This document shows positions 29,866 through 39,136 of a DNA stretch of 64,000 bases, piece by piece. A model generated the notes under the pieces. The model worked only from the letters and a program-made list of their open reading frames with translations. It was not told the DNA's origin and did not search any database. Each line of letters starts with the position of its first letter. Within the stretch, counting starts at the first letter, position 1. The DNA comes from Spirochaetia bacterium (lineage in GTDB: Bacteria; Spirochaetota; Spirochaetia; SZUA-6; Bin103), in assembly GCA_965208575.1 (NCBI GenBank), contig CBDBOV010000004.1, forward strand, positions 640,001 through 704,000. Direction: 5' to 3'. A program made the translations under genes and the position numbers.

Positions 29866-30903
29866 TCATACCGCACCCACTTCCAGGGGTGTCCCCTGTG
29901 CGGCCGAGTCGTACGCGGCGAACACCATCGCAAGCGTGCCCAGATTGTCGCGCCCGCTGGTGGGGTGCTCCGGCCCGCCGGCGATCCACTCCGTGAACTG
30001 GCGCACCGTGGTCTGCCAGGCGACGGTCCGGAACTCGTCGCGCGCAGGCAGGTCGGGGAAGATCCACGACTTGAGGTCGGCGCTGTACGCCTTCAGCGGG
30101 GTGTCGGCGTCGGGATTGAGGTAGATCGAGCCGCGCTCGCACTCGATGTGCGTCCAGCCGTCCCACTGCATCGCGCCGCCGTGGCAGTCGGTGGAGTTGA
30201 ACACCTGGAAGGTGCAAGCCGGGAAATCCACCGTGGAGACGCCCCAAGTGTCGCCGCGCTCGCCGATGGCGGTCCGGAACGGCGCCTGCCCGGCGCGCGT
30301 GTAGATGCGCTGCGGCTCCTCGGCGAGCAGGAAGCGCAGCATGTCGAAGTGGTGCACGGTGCCGTTGAGCAGCATCACCTTGTCGAACTTCACGAAGTAG
30401 TCGCTGCGCTTGGCGCCCTTGAGCGGAAACCAGGCGAAATGCGCCATGCGCAACTCGCCCAGGAACGGTTTGCCGAGGGTGCCGGAGCGCAGCAGGTCGT
30501 ATGCCGCCTTGACGTGCGGGAAGTTGCGGTACTGCTGCGACACGGCCAGCTTGACGCCCGCCTCGTCGCAGGCCGCGACCATCTGCCGAGCCTGCTCGCG
30601 GGTCAGCGCCATCGGCTTCTCCACCAGCGGGTGGACGCCCGCCGCGGCGCACGCGAGCACGATGTCGAGGCGGTCGTGGGTGGTGGAGGTACACACGGTC
30701 ACGAAGTCGAGCCGCTCGGCCTCCAGCATGGCGCGCACGTCGGTGTAGGTACTCTCGAAGCCGAACCGCCGCTGAAACTCGTCGGCGGCTGGTTCGTAGA
30801 TGTCGCAGCAGGCCACCATCTCGAACAGATGGCTGTAGGCCGCCATGTGCCCGCGCGCTATGCCTCCGCACCCGATCAATCCGTATCTCAAGCCGTCCGC
30901 CAT
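29866..30903 (-). CDS. Gfo/Idh/MocA-family oxidoreductase
   Basis: GLIGCGGIA, VEKPMA, HHFDMLRFL. Confidence 0.88.
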   Translation of the reverse strand: MADGLRYGLIGCGGIARGHMAAYSHLFEMVACCDIYEPAADEFQRRFGFESTYTDVRAMLEAERLDFVTVCTSTTHDRLDIVLACAAAGVHPLVEKPMALTREQARQMVAACDEAGVKLAVSQQYRNFPHVKAAYDLLRSGTLGKPFLGELRMAHFAWFPLKGAKRSDYFVKFDKVMLLNGTVHHFDMLRFLLAEEPQRIYTRAGQAPFRTAIGERGDTWGVSTVDFPACTFQVFNSTDCHGGAMQWDGWTHIECERGSIYLNPDADTPLKAYSADLKSWIFPDLPARDEFRTVAWQTTVRQFTEWIAGGPEHPTSGRDNLGTLAMVFAAYDSAAQGTPLEVGAV

Positions 30904-31236
30904 GCAACCTCGCTCCCGGCTTTCAACGCCGCGTCTGTTTGGTAGCCCTGTTTCCCACCGACCGTCAACGCCACCCGCAGCGGCTGCTGCCGCCCGTAAG
31001 GGTGCGAACGCCAAGAGCAGCGGGACTTGACCCTTGGGATAGCTATGCAGTGTATGGCAGCACCGCGACGCCGGCCGACCGGCCGGGCGCGCGAGCCGAG
31101 CCTTCTCTGCTTGCGGCCACTCCCACCTGTCGGCGCTTGACCTATGGCACGTTCCAACACGGCGACACCCGCTTGCAGGCCGGCGTCGCAACGCGTGTTG
31201 ACGCTCGGTGCCAAGCCAGAGACGCTACCTGAAGCG

Positions 31237-32277
31237 ATGCAGAAAGGAAGCCGGAGAGGGGCAGCGGCCGGAATCAGGACGGCGGGAATCGGGCTGCTGT
31301 GTGGCCTCGCCGCGGTCTCGCCGCTCATCGGCGAAGGTGCGGGCGCGTGCGCACCGGCGGGGAGTGTTCTGCGGTTTGGTTTCTATGCGCACTTCGAGCC
31401 GGTGAGCTACAGCGCCGACCCGGATCCGGCATCACTGGGGTTCGACGACCATCGGGGATACGAGGCGGACCTGCTGACCGCGCTGGAAGCGATGGAGGGG
31501 GCAAACCTGACCTTCGACCGGGGCGGGATCGGGGCATGGGACGGAATCTGGCAGCAGCCGGTCGGCCCTGAATACGACATCGTGGGGGGCGGCATCACGA
31601 TCCTTGATTCCCGCACCCGCGACGCCGCCGGCAGGAGTGTGGTCGTGTTCACCGCCGGCCACATCACGTTTCGCCAGTCGCTGCTGGTGCGGGCGGCGGA
31701 CGCGGAGCGTTTGTCCGGGCACGGTGATCTGACCGGAGCGGACCGGGTAGGCGTGTTGACCGGGACCACGGGGGAGGCGCGCTTCCTGGAGCTTACCGGG
31801 ATCGCCAACGCCGCCGGGGTGCTGGCTGCCGGCACACGAGTGGAGGCGGCGGGTGGAGTGGTGGTAGCCAACGGCAGCGCCGATTACGTCGTGGGCGCTG
31901 CGGGCGCCACCCTGGGCCTGGGGGACCGGCAGCGTCTGCGGCCCGCCGATGAGGACAAGCCGCAGGTGGTCTACTTCACCGAGGAAGCGGCGCTGATCGA
32001 TGCGCTGGCCACCGGACGGATCGACGCGCTGGCCCGGGGCGAGATCGGCAACCGGTCCACCGCCCGCGCGCATGGCGGGGCGTTGGTGGTCACGGCGCTC
32101 GATGCACAGGCGGAAACCGGCGGGTTCGCATTGGCGGCGAGGGACGCGAAGCTGGCGGAGTGTCTTGATCGTCACATCGCCTGGCTGACCGACAACGGGC
32201 GTATCGGCTACCGGGAGTGGCATGAGGCGCCGGGGATCTTCCTGTGGCGAGCCCGGCAGTGGCCCGGGCCGGAGTGA
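31237..32277 (+). CDS. Family 3 (polar amino acid type) substrate-binding protein
   Basis: FEPVSY, GYEADLL, DIVGGGITI..SR, VGVLTGTTGE; start uncertain. Confidence 0.7.
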   Translation: MQKGSRRGAAAGIRTAGIGLLCGLAAVSPLIGEGAGACAPAGSVLRFGFYAHFEPVSYSADPDPASLGFDDHRGYEADLLTALEAMEGANLTFDRGGIGAWDGIWQQPVGPEYDIVGGGITILDSRTRDAAGRSVVVFTAGHITFRQSLLVRAADAERLSGHGDLTGADRVGVLTGTTGEARFLELTGIANAAGVLAAGTRVEAAGGVVVANGSADYVVGAAGATLGLGDRQRLRPADEDKPQVVYFTEEAALIDALATGRIDALARGEIGNRSTARAHGGALVVTALDAQAETGGFALAARDAKLAECLDRHIAWLTDNGRIGYREWHEAPGIFLWRARQWPGPE

Positions 32278-32379
32278 GGATGCAGGCGGGCGCCTGCCGA
32301 TGACGTGAGCCGTGGCGTAGCGAAACCCTTGTGTTGGAGGACGCCCGGTAAGGGCGATCCGGGGACCTTGCACCTGGCT

Positions 32380-32770
32380 GGCCTTCACGGCCTCGAACCA
32401 CCGGCGCAGCAGTTCCCCGTCGCGGAGCACCCGGCGGCAGGTTGCGCACCGGGGGCCGATGGCGCCTCGTGGGCGGGGACCTACTGGTACGCTATGGTGT
32501 TGGGGTCGACCTCCAGCACCACGTCCGGCAGCGTGTCGCTGCCCACTCGATCCTGGCGCCCAGGGGGCCGCGTGGTCCGGGGGTGCAGGTAGACGGTCTG
32601 GTCGGCCTCCAGGATACGCCGCCACGCGCCTTGGGCGTCGCGCAGCAGGAGGTCGGAGGCGCCGAACGTAGCGATGGGTGCGCCGCGCCGGTGGACAATC
32701 GGTCCTGGGCAGCGCGGCCAACACCTGCCCCGGCTGTTCGTGGTGGACGGAGACCGGATCGCATCCCATG
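32380..32770 (-). pseudogene. Frameshifted Uma2-like endonuclease remnant
   Basis: FGASDLLLRD...ILEADQTVYLHP...LPDVVLEVD segment; N-terminal piece in another frame. Confidence 0.5.
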
Positions 32771-32845
32771 GCGGTCTCGGTGGCAGCCAACACACCAGCT
32801 CTAAAGACCCGATTCTTGCGCTGCGCCTGGCGCTCGCCGGCCTGC

Positions 32846-33240
32846 TTACGGAATCTTCGTCAGCAGCTTGCGCGCTTCGCCGTGCCGTTGCTTGGGTACC
32901 TGCGTCAGCAGGTGCACCAGCCGATGCAAGCAGCGCTGCTCCTCGGCCCCTGGGAATGACTCGCGTAGCGCGCTCCACAGTCCCAGGTTGCCGTCCCCGA
33001 CCGCCAAACGCGGTTCATTCACTACGCGTGCCTTCAGCTCGCGCAGCAAGCCGCTCCACGACGCCGTCGATTCCCAATTCCCGCTGCTCACCGCCAGCAC
33101 CACCTGTGGCCGTCGCTCTCGCTCCGATAGTCACCGGTAACGCCGCCCTCTGCTTCTCTAATCCGGCTTTCAGGTACACGCCGTCCATCCGCAGGTACAC
33201 GATCTCGTCGTCGATCCGCTTGTGCCACTCGCTGTGCTCC
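32846..33240 (-). pseudogene. IS256-family transposase fragment
   Basis: VYLRMDGVYLKAGLEK, ESTASWSGLLRELKAR, LAVGDGNLGLWSAL, QRC; frameshifted, both ends missing. Confidence 0.8.
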
Positions 33241-33242
33241 TG

Positions 33243-33911
33243 TTAGCGTTCAGCCCCGACTTGGGCGGTGCTGTGCACGGCTTCGCTCACAAATGCGAGG
33301 GTCCTGGGGAGCACAGCGTAGAACAACAATAGGTTTTCGTCGTCGTCATCCTTCACTACCCAAGCATGGCCCTCGAAGGTGTGTTGACAAACACCGGATC
33401 TCGGCGCAACGCGCCCATAGTGGTGCTCATCGCCATCGTGGTCGATCCAGTAGTAGACAATCTCCGAATCGGTGCCATTCAAGAAGATGATCTCCGTCTC
33501 AGAACCGCCTTCTAGTGACCGTACTGGTTCGTCGGCAAGCATCGCTGCGCCCAAGTGCTCCAAGTGCGCGAGCTGAGCTCTCAACTGACCTTCCAGGAAC
33601 GGGGATGAACTACTAGTATCCAGACGTAGTTGTTTCAGCCACAACTCGCCGTAGCGATACGCTACGTCATCGATGGTTCGCTCGGATCGGTCAAGCAACC
33701 AACGCCACAGGAGCTCACGCTTTTGTACGCGCTCACTCACGCCGAAACCGAGAGCAACGCCGATGCACAGGACACCAACCACCACTATCAGAAAGAGCGC
33801 CCAGCTCACCCCGCGCCCGTGCTCATCGTGCACAGCCTCGGGTGCGCCGCGAGCCGGCTTCGACAACAGTCCTTGCCCGCGCAATGCTCTCAATAGTTTC
33901 CGATCCTCCAT
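33243..33911 (-). CDS. Membrane-anchored protein with C-terminal VHL beta-like domain
   Basis: One TM helix; RSLEGGSETEIIFLN...YYWIDHDGDEHHYGRVAP...QHTFEGHAWVVKD pattern. Confidence 0.65.
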   Translation of the reverse strand: MEDRKLLRALRGQGLLSKPARGAPEAVHDEHGRGVSWALFLIVVVGVLCIGVALGFGVSERVQKRELLWRWLLDRSERTIDDVAYRYGELWLKQLRLDTSSSSPFLEGQLRAQLAHLEHLGAAMLADEPVRSLEGGSETEIIFLNGTDSEIVYYWIDHDGDEHHYGRVAPRSGVCQHTFEGHAWVVKDDDDENLLLFYAVLPRTLAFVSEAVHSTAQVGAER

Positions 33912-33923
33912 ACTTCCGCGTTC

Positions 33924-34313
33924 CTACGTTCTGGCCGCGACAGCAAACCTACTTCGATCTCGATCAGCAGCGCCACCGGATCCCGCAAGAGCGGGAATCG
34001 TGATACTGCCTCCCACGATGTCGTTCAGGGCCGACCGGCGGTCTGCCAGATGCCTCCCAGGCGTGGTAAGTCGTTGCTGGCCGTCGATGAGCAGGCTTGT
34101 TGTGAAGCCAAACTCCGTGATCCTCGGGTAATGGACGATACTGCCGAGGAAATGACGCTCACCGGAGGCGGACCCTGCTGCTGCCTGCTCGACATCATCA
34201 AGGAGCACCAGGCACGGCTCATCACTCCAACGATAGGGCCGCTGGAACGGGGGAATGATGAACTGGCCCGGTCCGCTTACCAAGCTGAGGATAGGTCTGT
34301 CGTGTGCATTCAT
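33924..34313 (-). pseudogene. Truncated DUF262 (GmrSD N-terminal) gene
   Basis: IPPFQRPYRW, HFLGSIV, LIDGQQRLTT, then homology ends. Confidence 0.75.
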
Positions 34314-35085
34314 AGGATGGGCGCAGGCTCCCGCCACACGGGGAAGGATGGATCCAGGGTAGCACGGCGCTCGGCCCGAAGGAAATGGGAACTCGTGCGG
34401 TACTTTGCATAGGCGCTTGCGTGCCTTGCTTGCCACCGCATGTACCACCGCTACGTACCGGCGCCGCCGTCGGAACTGGCGAAGTAGTGCGATCTCTACG
34501 CCGTAGCCGCGTTCGGAATCGGCCGCCCGTCGCGCGCTCTGCAGGCTGCCGCCGATCCCGGTCCTGGGACTCTGCCGACTCCGGCGTTCGGACCCGGGCC
34601 GCGATAAGGGCGAGGAGGGGTAGCCAGGACTATCCCACGCTACGAAACCGCGGTCTGTCACGCACCGCCTCGTCGCCGCCCCATCGATTCTGGCGACCTG
34701 CACCTGATCCGCGGTTCTCATGCCACGATTCACGTGAGCCGGTACGGTCACTCCGTGACAGGGAAGACGATGAAAACCGATGCCCGAGCATCGCCCACCA
34801 GCCGGCTTTTTCGGACCAGCCTACGGTCAGCGAACGGTTCGCCGTGGGCCAAGTGCCTGAAAAAAGTCGAGAAAATCGCTCGCTGCGGGCCTGAGGGGGT
34901 TGACATGGTTTCGGGCGCGCGATTGGGCCACGTCCCCGACCCCGCCTGTTCCGCCCCCCCTTGGCGCCCTCAGCGCGCGCTCTCGGCCCGCCGCGTCCGG
35001 GTCTGGCCCGCAAAGCCCAAATCGGACGGGCGGCTCGTCCACGGGCCGGCACGGGGGCACCGAATACCGGGTGTACCATGGCGGC

Positions 35086-36750
35086 ATGGCACCTGACACC
35101 TATACGCTGCCGCGCCCGCCGGCGCCGTCAGCGCGGCCTGACCCGGCAGCCACCGACCCGGCCGCGACCGCGGCCACCACCGCTGCGAGGGCGCCCGGCG
35201 CGAGCGAGACTGCGACGCTCGCCGTTGCCGACAGCGCAGCGCCTCCGGCCCCGGAGGCACCCCCCGACCTGAATCAGCTCGGCAACCGCATCGCCGAGCT
35301 GTCGGCGCGCATCCAGGCCGCCACCTACGAGTTGCTGTGTGACGTGCGCGAGTTCGACCGCCACCACGGCTGGGAGGGCTTCCGTTCCTGCGCCCACTGG
35401 CTGAACTGGCGCACCGGCCTCGACCTCGGCGCTGCCCGCGAGAAGCTGCGCGTGGCCGCTGCGCTGGCCGATCTCAACCACCTCTCCGCGGCCATGGCCT
35501 GCGGTCGGCTGTCCTACTCCATCGTACGCGCCCTGACTCGAGTGGCCACCGCCGACAACGAGGCACGGCTGATTGCCGTGGCCTGCTGTGCCACCGCGGC
35601 GCAGGTGGAGCGGCTGGTGCGGGGGTGGCGGCAGGCGGACCGGGAGGCGCAGCCGGACGCCGAGCAGGTGCGGCTGGCGCGGCGCACGCTGACCACGCGG
35701 GTGGACGAGGACGGCACGGTGGTGCTGCGGGCGCGGCTTACGCCTGAGGTAGGCGCGGTAGTGCTGCGGGCCCTGGAGGCGGCCGTGGAGCAGGTGCCGG
35801 CGGCGGAGGAGGAGGATACCGCCGGCGGCGACGAGGCGAACATCGCGCAGCGGCGTGCGGATGCGCTGGGGCTGGTGGCCGAGAGCGCGCTGTCGGGCGG
35901 GCTTGATCCGGGCAGCAGCGGCGACCGCTTCCAGGTGACGGTACACGTGGAGGCTGACGGGCTTTGCTGCCGCGAGGCCGCCACGGCCCCGCGGCACGTT
36001 TCCGCGGAAATTGCGCCGGGCAGCGAGGCAGCCTTCGCACCGGCGGCAGCGTTACTGGACGGGGTGGCGGAGCAAGTATCGATCGAGCACGCTGAGGAAC
36101 TACCGGCCACCGAGGCGACGCCCGACCGCGACTTGGCGGTCCCGATGCCTGGCCCCGACGCCGGGCAGGCGGTGATCGAACAAGCAGGAGGCATATACGT
36201 CGGCAAGGAGGCAGCGCGTCGCATCGCCTGCGATGCCGGCCTCGTGGAGCTGCGCCACGGCGCCGACGGCGAGGTGCTCGAAGTAAGCCGCAGGACCCGC
36301 ACCATCCCGACCGCGCTGCGCCGTGCCTTGCAGAGCAGGGATCGCAACCAGTGCCAGTTCCCCGGCTGCGAGTCCCGCCACTGCGACGCCCATCACGTCA
36401 TGCACTGGGCCGACGGCGGGGAGACGCAGCTCTTCAACCTGGTTCTCGTCTGCAGATTCCATCACCGAGCGGTGCACGAGGAGGGGTTTCAGGTGGTCGC
36501 TGACGGCGCCGGGGGGTTCCAGTTCCTGCGCCCGAATGGCGAGCCGCTGCCGGCGGTGCCACCGGCGCCGCGCTGGGAGGGTGTCGGGCCGCCGCTGGCG
36601 CCGACCCTGGAGCGCCTGGCGGCGGCCGGCATCAGCATCGGTCCGCACACCGCTACTCCCGAGTGGTACGGCGAATCGTTGAACGTGGCGGGGGCGCTCG
36701 ACGTGCTGTGGCAGCCGCCCGTGGCGGCGGCGCGCGGCGGCGCTCCCTGA
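35086..36750 (+). CDS. DUF222 + HNH endonuclease protein
   Basis: SCAHWLNWRTG..AAREKLRVA.AL, ARRIACDA, LRRALQSRDRNQCQFPGC, CDAHHVMHWADGGET..NLVLVCRFHHRAVHE. Confidence 0.88.
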   Translation: MAPDTYTLPRPPAPSARPDPAATDPAATAATTAARAPGASETATLAVADSAAPPAPEAPPDLNQLGNRIAELSARIQAATYELLCDVREFDRHHGWEGFRSCAHWLNWRTGLDLGAAREKLRVAAALADLNHLSAAMACGRLSYSIVRALTRVATADNEARLIAVACCATAAQVERLVRGWRQADREAQPDAEQVRLARRTLTTRVDEDGTVVLRARLTPEVGAVVLRALEAAVEQVPAAEEEDTAGGDEANIAQRRADALGLVAESALSGGLDPGSSGDRFQVTVHVEADGLCCREAATAPRHVSAEIAPGSEAAFAPAAALLDGVAEQVSIEHAEELPATEATPDRDLAVPMPGPDAGQAVIEQAGGIYVGKEAARRIACDAGLVELRHGADGEVLEVSRRTRTIPTALRRALQSRDRNQCQFPGCESRHCDAHHVMHWADGGETQLFNLVLVCRFHHRAVHEEGFQVVADGAGGFQFLRPNGEPLPAVPPAPRWEGVGPPLAPTLERLAAAGISIGPHTATPEWYGESLNVAGALDVLWQPPVAAARGGAP

Positions 36751-36895
36751 GCGAACCGCAACTTGGCGGTGCAGCGCAGCGCGGATGAGCAGCGCGCCCG
36801 CGATGGAGACTGCCTCCAGGGATTTTCAGTCCTCATCAGCATGGGATCGCCCTGAGGGGTAGCGGAGGGTGGGGGCGAGAGGTTAGGATAGCGGT

Positions 36896-37396
36896 ATGGC
36901 TGATTCTGCGACCGGTGTCCCGGCGGACACGGTCTACCAATCGAATGTGCGCGTGGAGCGGATCAAGGGTCCGTTGCGCCGCGCTCATCTGCCGGCCGAG
37001 TCCGACCCGGTGCTGTTCGGCGTCCACTCCGAGATTGCCGAGCACTACGGGGTCGATCCCGAGGTTCACGAGCCGCACACCACGACGCTCGACTACGTGG
37101 TGGCGGCCGCCGGCGGGTGACTGACCGGCACGTTGGGAGGCGCGCTGGAAGCGCGCGACATACCCGCCGGTGAGGGCTACCTCACCAGCGACACGACCGG
37201 ATACATAGGCAAGGAAGGCTCGGTACTGGTGATCCGGGCCGTGCACGTCGACTACCGCCTGCGGCTGTCCCCGGACAAGCGCGCCGCCGCCGAGCGCGCG
37301 CATCGGTTTCACGCCGACCGCTGCCCGGTGGCCGTTTCGCTGCGCGACAGCATCCGCATCACCACCGCCCTGCACCTCGAAGACCTGCCCGCTTAG
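36896..37396 (+). CDS. OsmC/Ohr-family selenoprotein (Sec at TGA 37118-37120, codon 75)
   Basis: ORFs 36896-37120 and 37133-37396 share a frame; readthrough gives LDYVVAAAGG-U-LTGTLGGALEAR...HADRCPVAVSL; downstream hairpin; sel genes in window. Confidence 0.85.
37124..37171 (+). promoter_or_regulatory. Putative bacterial SECIS element of the OsmC-like gene
   Basis: Apical stem GCGCGCT-GGA-AGCGCGC (37140-37156); lower stem ACCGGC/GCCGGT (37124-37129/37166-37171). Confidence 0.7.
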
Positions 37397-37624
37397 TTGG
37401 CGTAGCGGAACCGGGTGCCGCACCGAGCGTGGCGAGACACCCGGCTGGGGGTGAGTGAGCGAGGAGCAGCACGAGCACGCCGGCCGGGATGCATCGCGGC
37501 ATCCAGTGCAGCCGGAGTTCGCCGTCGCGACTCGCGAACGGACGGACAGCGGCGGCAGGTCGCGCCGGCAGGCGAGGGCTCGGGCCGTTGAGCCGGACGG
37601 CTGTTGGAGGTGTCCTTCGATCGC

Positions 37625-38461
37625 ATGGACGAAACAAGGGGCAGGCAACTCCTGCGGGACGGGTACTGCTTGGTACCGGGCGTCCTGGACACCGGTATGC
37701 TCCGCCGGCTCCGGGCAGCGACCGACCTGATGCTGGACGCGCAGACCGAGGAGCACAGGGCGCGCACCCGGTCGCAGGGCAGCATGTTCGGCTTCCCGCA
37801 GACCACCGACTCGGTGTTCGCCGAGTTGATCGCGCTGCCTGCGGCGCTGGCCGCCCTGGCGCGGCTCGGCTTCACGGAAGTTACCTTTACCGACGCCTAC
37901 CTCATCAGCAAGCCGCCGCACAGCCCGCAGTTATTCTGGCACTACGATTGGTTTGCGTGGCAGGAGCCGCAGATGTACGCGCCGACGCCGCCGCAGGTGT
38001 TTCTCATGTATTACCTGACCGACACCTGCCGGCAGAACGGCTGCCTGCGCGTCATTCCCGGCTCGCACACGCGCCACAACCCACTGCACGACCTGATCGC
38101 CGAGCCGCACAGCGCCACGCTCGGCAGAGCCGAGGACCTGGACCGCGCCGAGTTCGGTGAGCGGCCCGACGAGATCGACGTGCCGGTGCGGGCCGGCGAG
38201 CTGGTGGTCGGCGATGCCCGCCTGCTGCACGCCGCCCACCCCAACCGGAGCGACCGGCGGCGAACCGTGCTTACCCTGTGGTATCAGCCCGACTACCCGT
38301 CGCTGCCGGAGCGGGTCAAGGCGCAGATGGTCGCCAAGACGCAGCCGCTGGCCGAGGGGTGGTCCGCGGAGGGCAAGGCCATGGTCAGCGCCCTGCACCC
38401 GGTATACGACGGCCCCGCCCTGCCCCACGGCCGCATGCTGCGGCCCAGGCAGCCGCCGTGA
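37625..38461 (+). CDS. PhyH-family dioxygenase
   Basis: FWHYDW, NGCLRVIPGSH, LLHAAHPN. Confidence 0.85.
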   Translation: MDETRGRQLLRDGYCLVPGVLDTGMLRRLRAATDLMLDAQTEEHRARTRSQGSMFGFPQTTDSVFAELIALPAALAALARLGFTEVTFTDAYLISKPPHSPQLFWHYDWFAWQEPQMYAPTPPQVFLMYYLTDTCRQNGCLRVIPGSHTRHNPLHDLIAEPHSATLGRAEDLDRAEFGERPDEIDVPVRAGELVVGDARLLHAAHPNRSDRRRTVLTLWYQPDYPSLPERVKAQMVAKTQPLAEGWSAEGKAMVSALHPVYDGPALPHGRMLRPRQPP

Positions 38462-38495
38462 GCCGGCGCGGTCCTTATTGACCGCCGATGCATAA

Positions 38496-38515
38496 TTGTA
38501 CAACATTGCTGTACG
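38496..38515. promoter_or_regulatory. Putative YefM operator (two TGTAC-core palindromes)
   Basis: TTGTACAA 38496-38503 and TGTACG 38510-38515 just upstream of yefM. Confidence 0.55.
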
Positions 38516-38527
38516 GAAAAGCCTGTA

Positions 38528-38812
38528 ATGATTTTCGAAACGACCTACAGCAACGCACGCGCCCACCTTGCGGCGCTGATGGACCAGGTGACGGACACCC
38601 GCGAGCCGGTCCTGATTCGCAGGCGCGGCGCAGAGCCGGTCGCGCTGGTCGCGGCCGATGAACTCGCCGGCTGGATGGAGACCGCCTACCTGCTTCGTTC
38701 GCCGGGTAACGCGCAGCGCCTAATCGACGCCGACCGCCGCGCGGCCGCCGGCGAAGGCACTCCTTTGACCGTCGGACAACTGCGAACAAGAATCGGCCTC
38801 GACGACGCGTGA
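38528..38812 (+). CDS. yefM: YefM antitoxin
   Basis: TYSNARAHLAALMDQV, PVLIRR, ETAYLLRSPGNAQRL. Confidence 0.88.
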   Translation: MIFETTYSNARAHLAALMDQVTDTREPVLIRRRGAEPVALVAADELAGWMETAYLLRSPGNAQRLIDADRRAAAGEGTPLTVGQLRTRIGLDDA

Positions 38813-39081
38813 CGGACAGCCGCCGCCCGGATGCGCTGTTCGACCGGAATTGCCTCGATGACCTGGTGTATTGGGTGCGTACGGACCGGCGGAAGGCGCT
38901 TCGCATCCTGACACTGGTCGAAGCGGTAATCCGCGACCCGTTCGACGGACCGGGCAAACCGGAGCCGCTCCGCGGGCAGCTTGCCGGCGCCTGGTCCCGG
39001 CGCATCGATCAGGAACACCGCCTGGTCTATCGGGTCGAGAGTCGCAGCGTGCGCTTCCTCGCGGCCCGCTACCACTACTGA
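38809..39081 (+). CDS. yoeB: YoeB/Txe toxin
   Basis: PFDGPGKPEPL, WSRRIDQEHRLVY, C-terminal RYHY; GTGA overlap. Confidence 0.9.
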   Translation: MTDSRRPDALFDRNCLDDLVYWVRTDRRKALRILTLVEAVIRDPFDGPGKPEPLRGQLAGAWSRRIDQEHRLVYRVESRSVRFLAARYHY

Positions 39082-39136
39082 CCGCATCGCCGTCACCCTC
39101 TCCAAGAACTATAATCAGGAACTGGAAAGGACACGC

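Noticed and set aside
30904-31236. Possible riboswitch upstream of the family 3 SBP
   Set aside because: Only a loose AGCCAGAGAC resemblance to cobalamin elements; no full conserved core found. An Rfam scan would settle it.
34724-34740. parS-like GATTCACGTGAGC
   Set aside because: Only the 8-bp core matches; arms are not palindromic.
36896-37396. Nonsense pseudogene, or genetic code with TGA=Trp/Gly
   Set aside because: TGA is an ordinary stop in many genes here; the two readthrough cases fall at catalytic Cys positions with hairpins, and Sec machinery is present.
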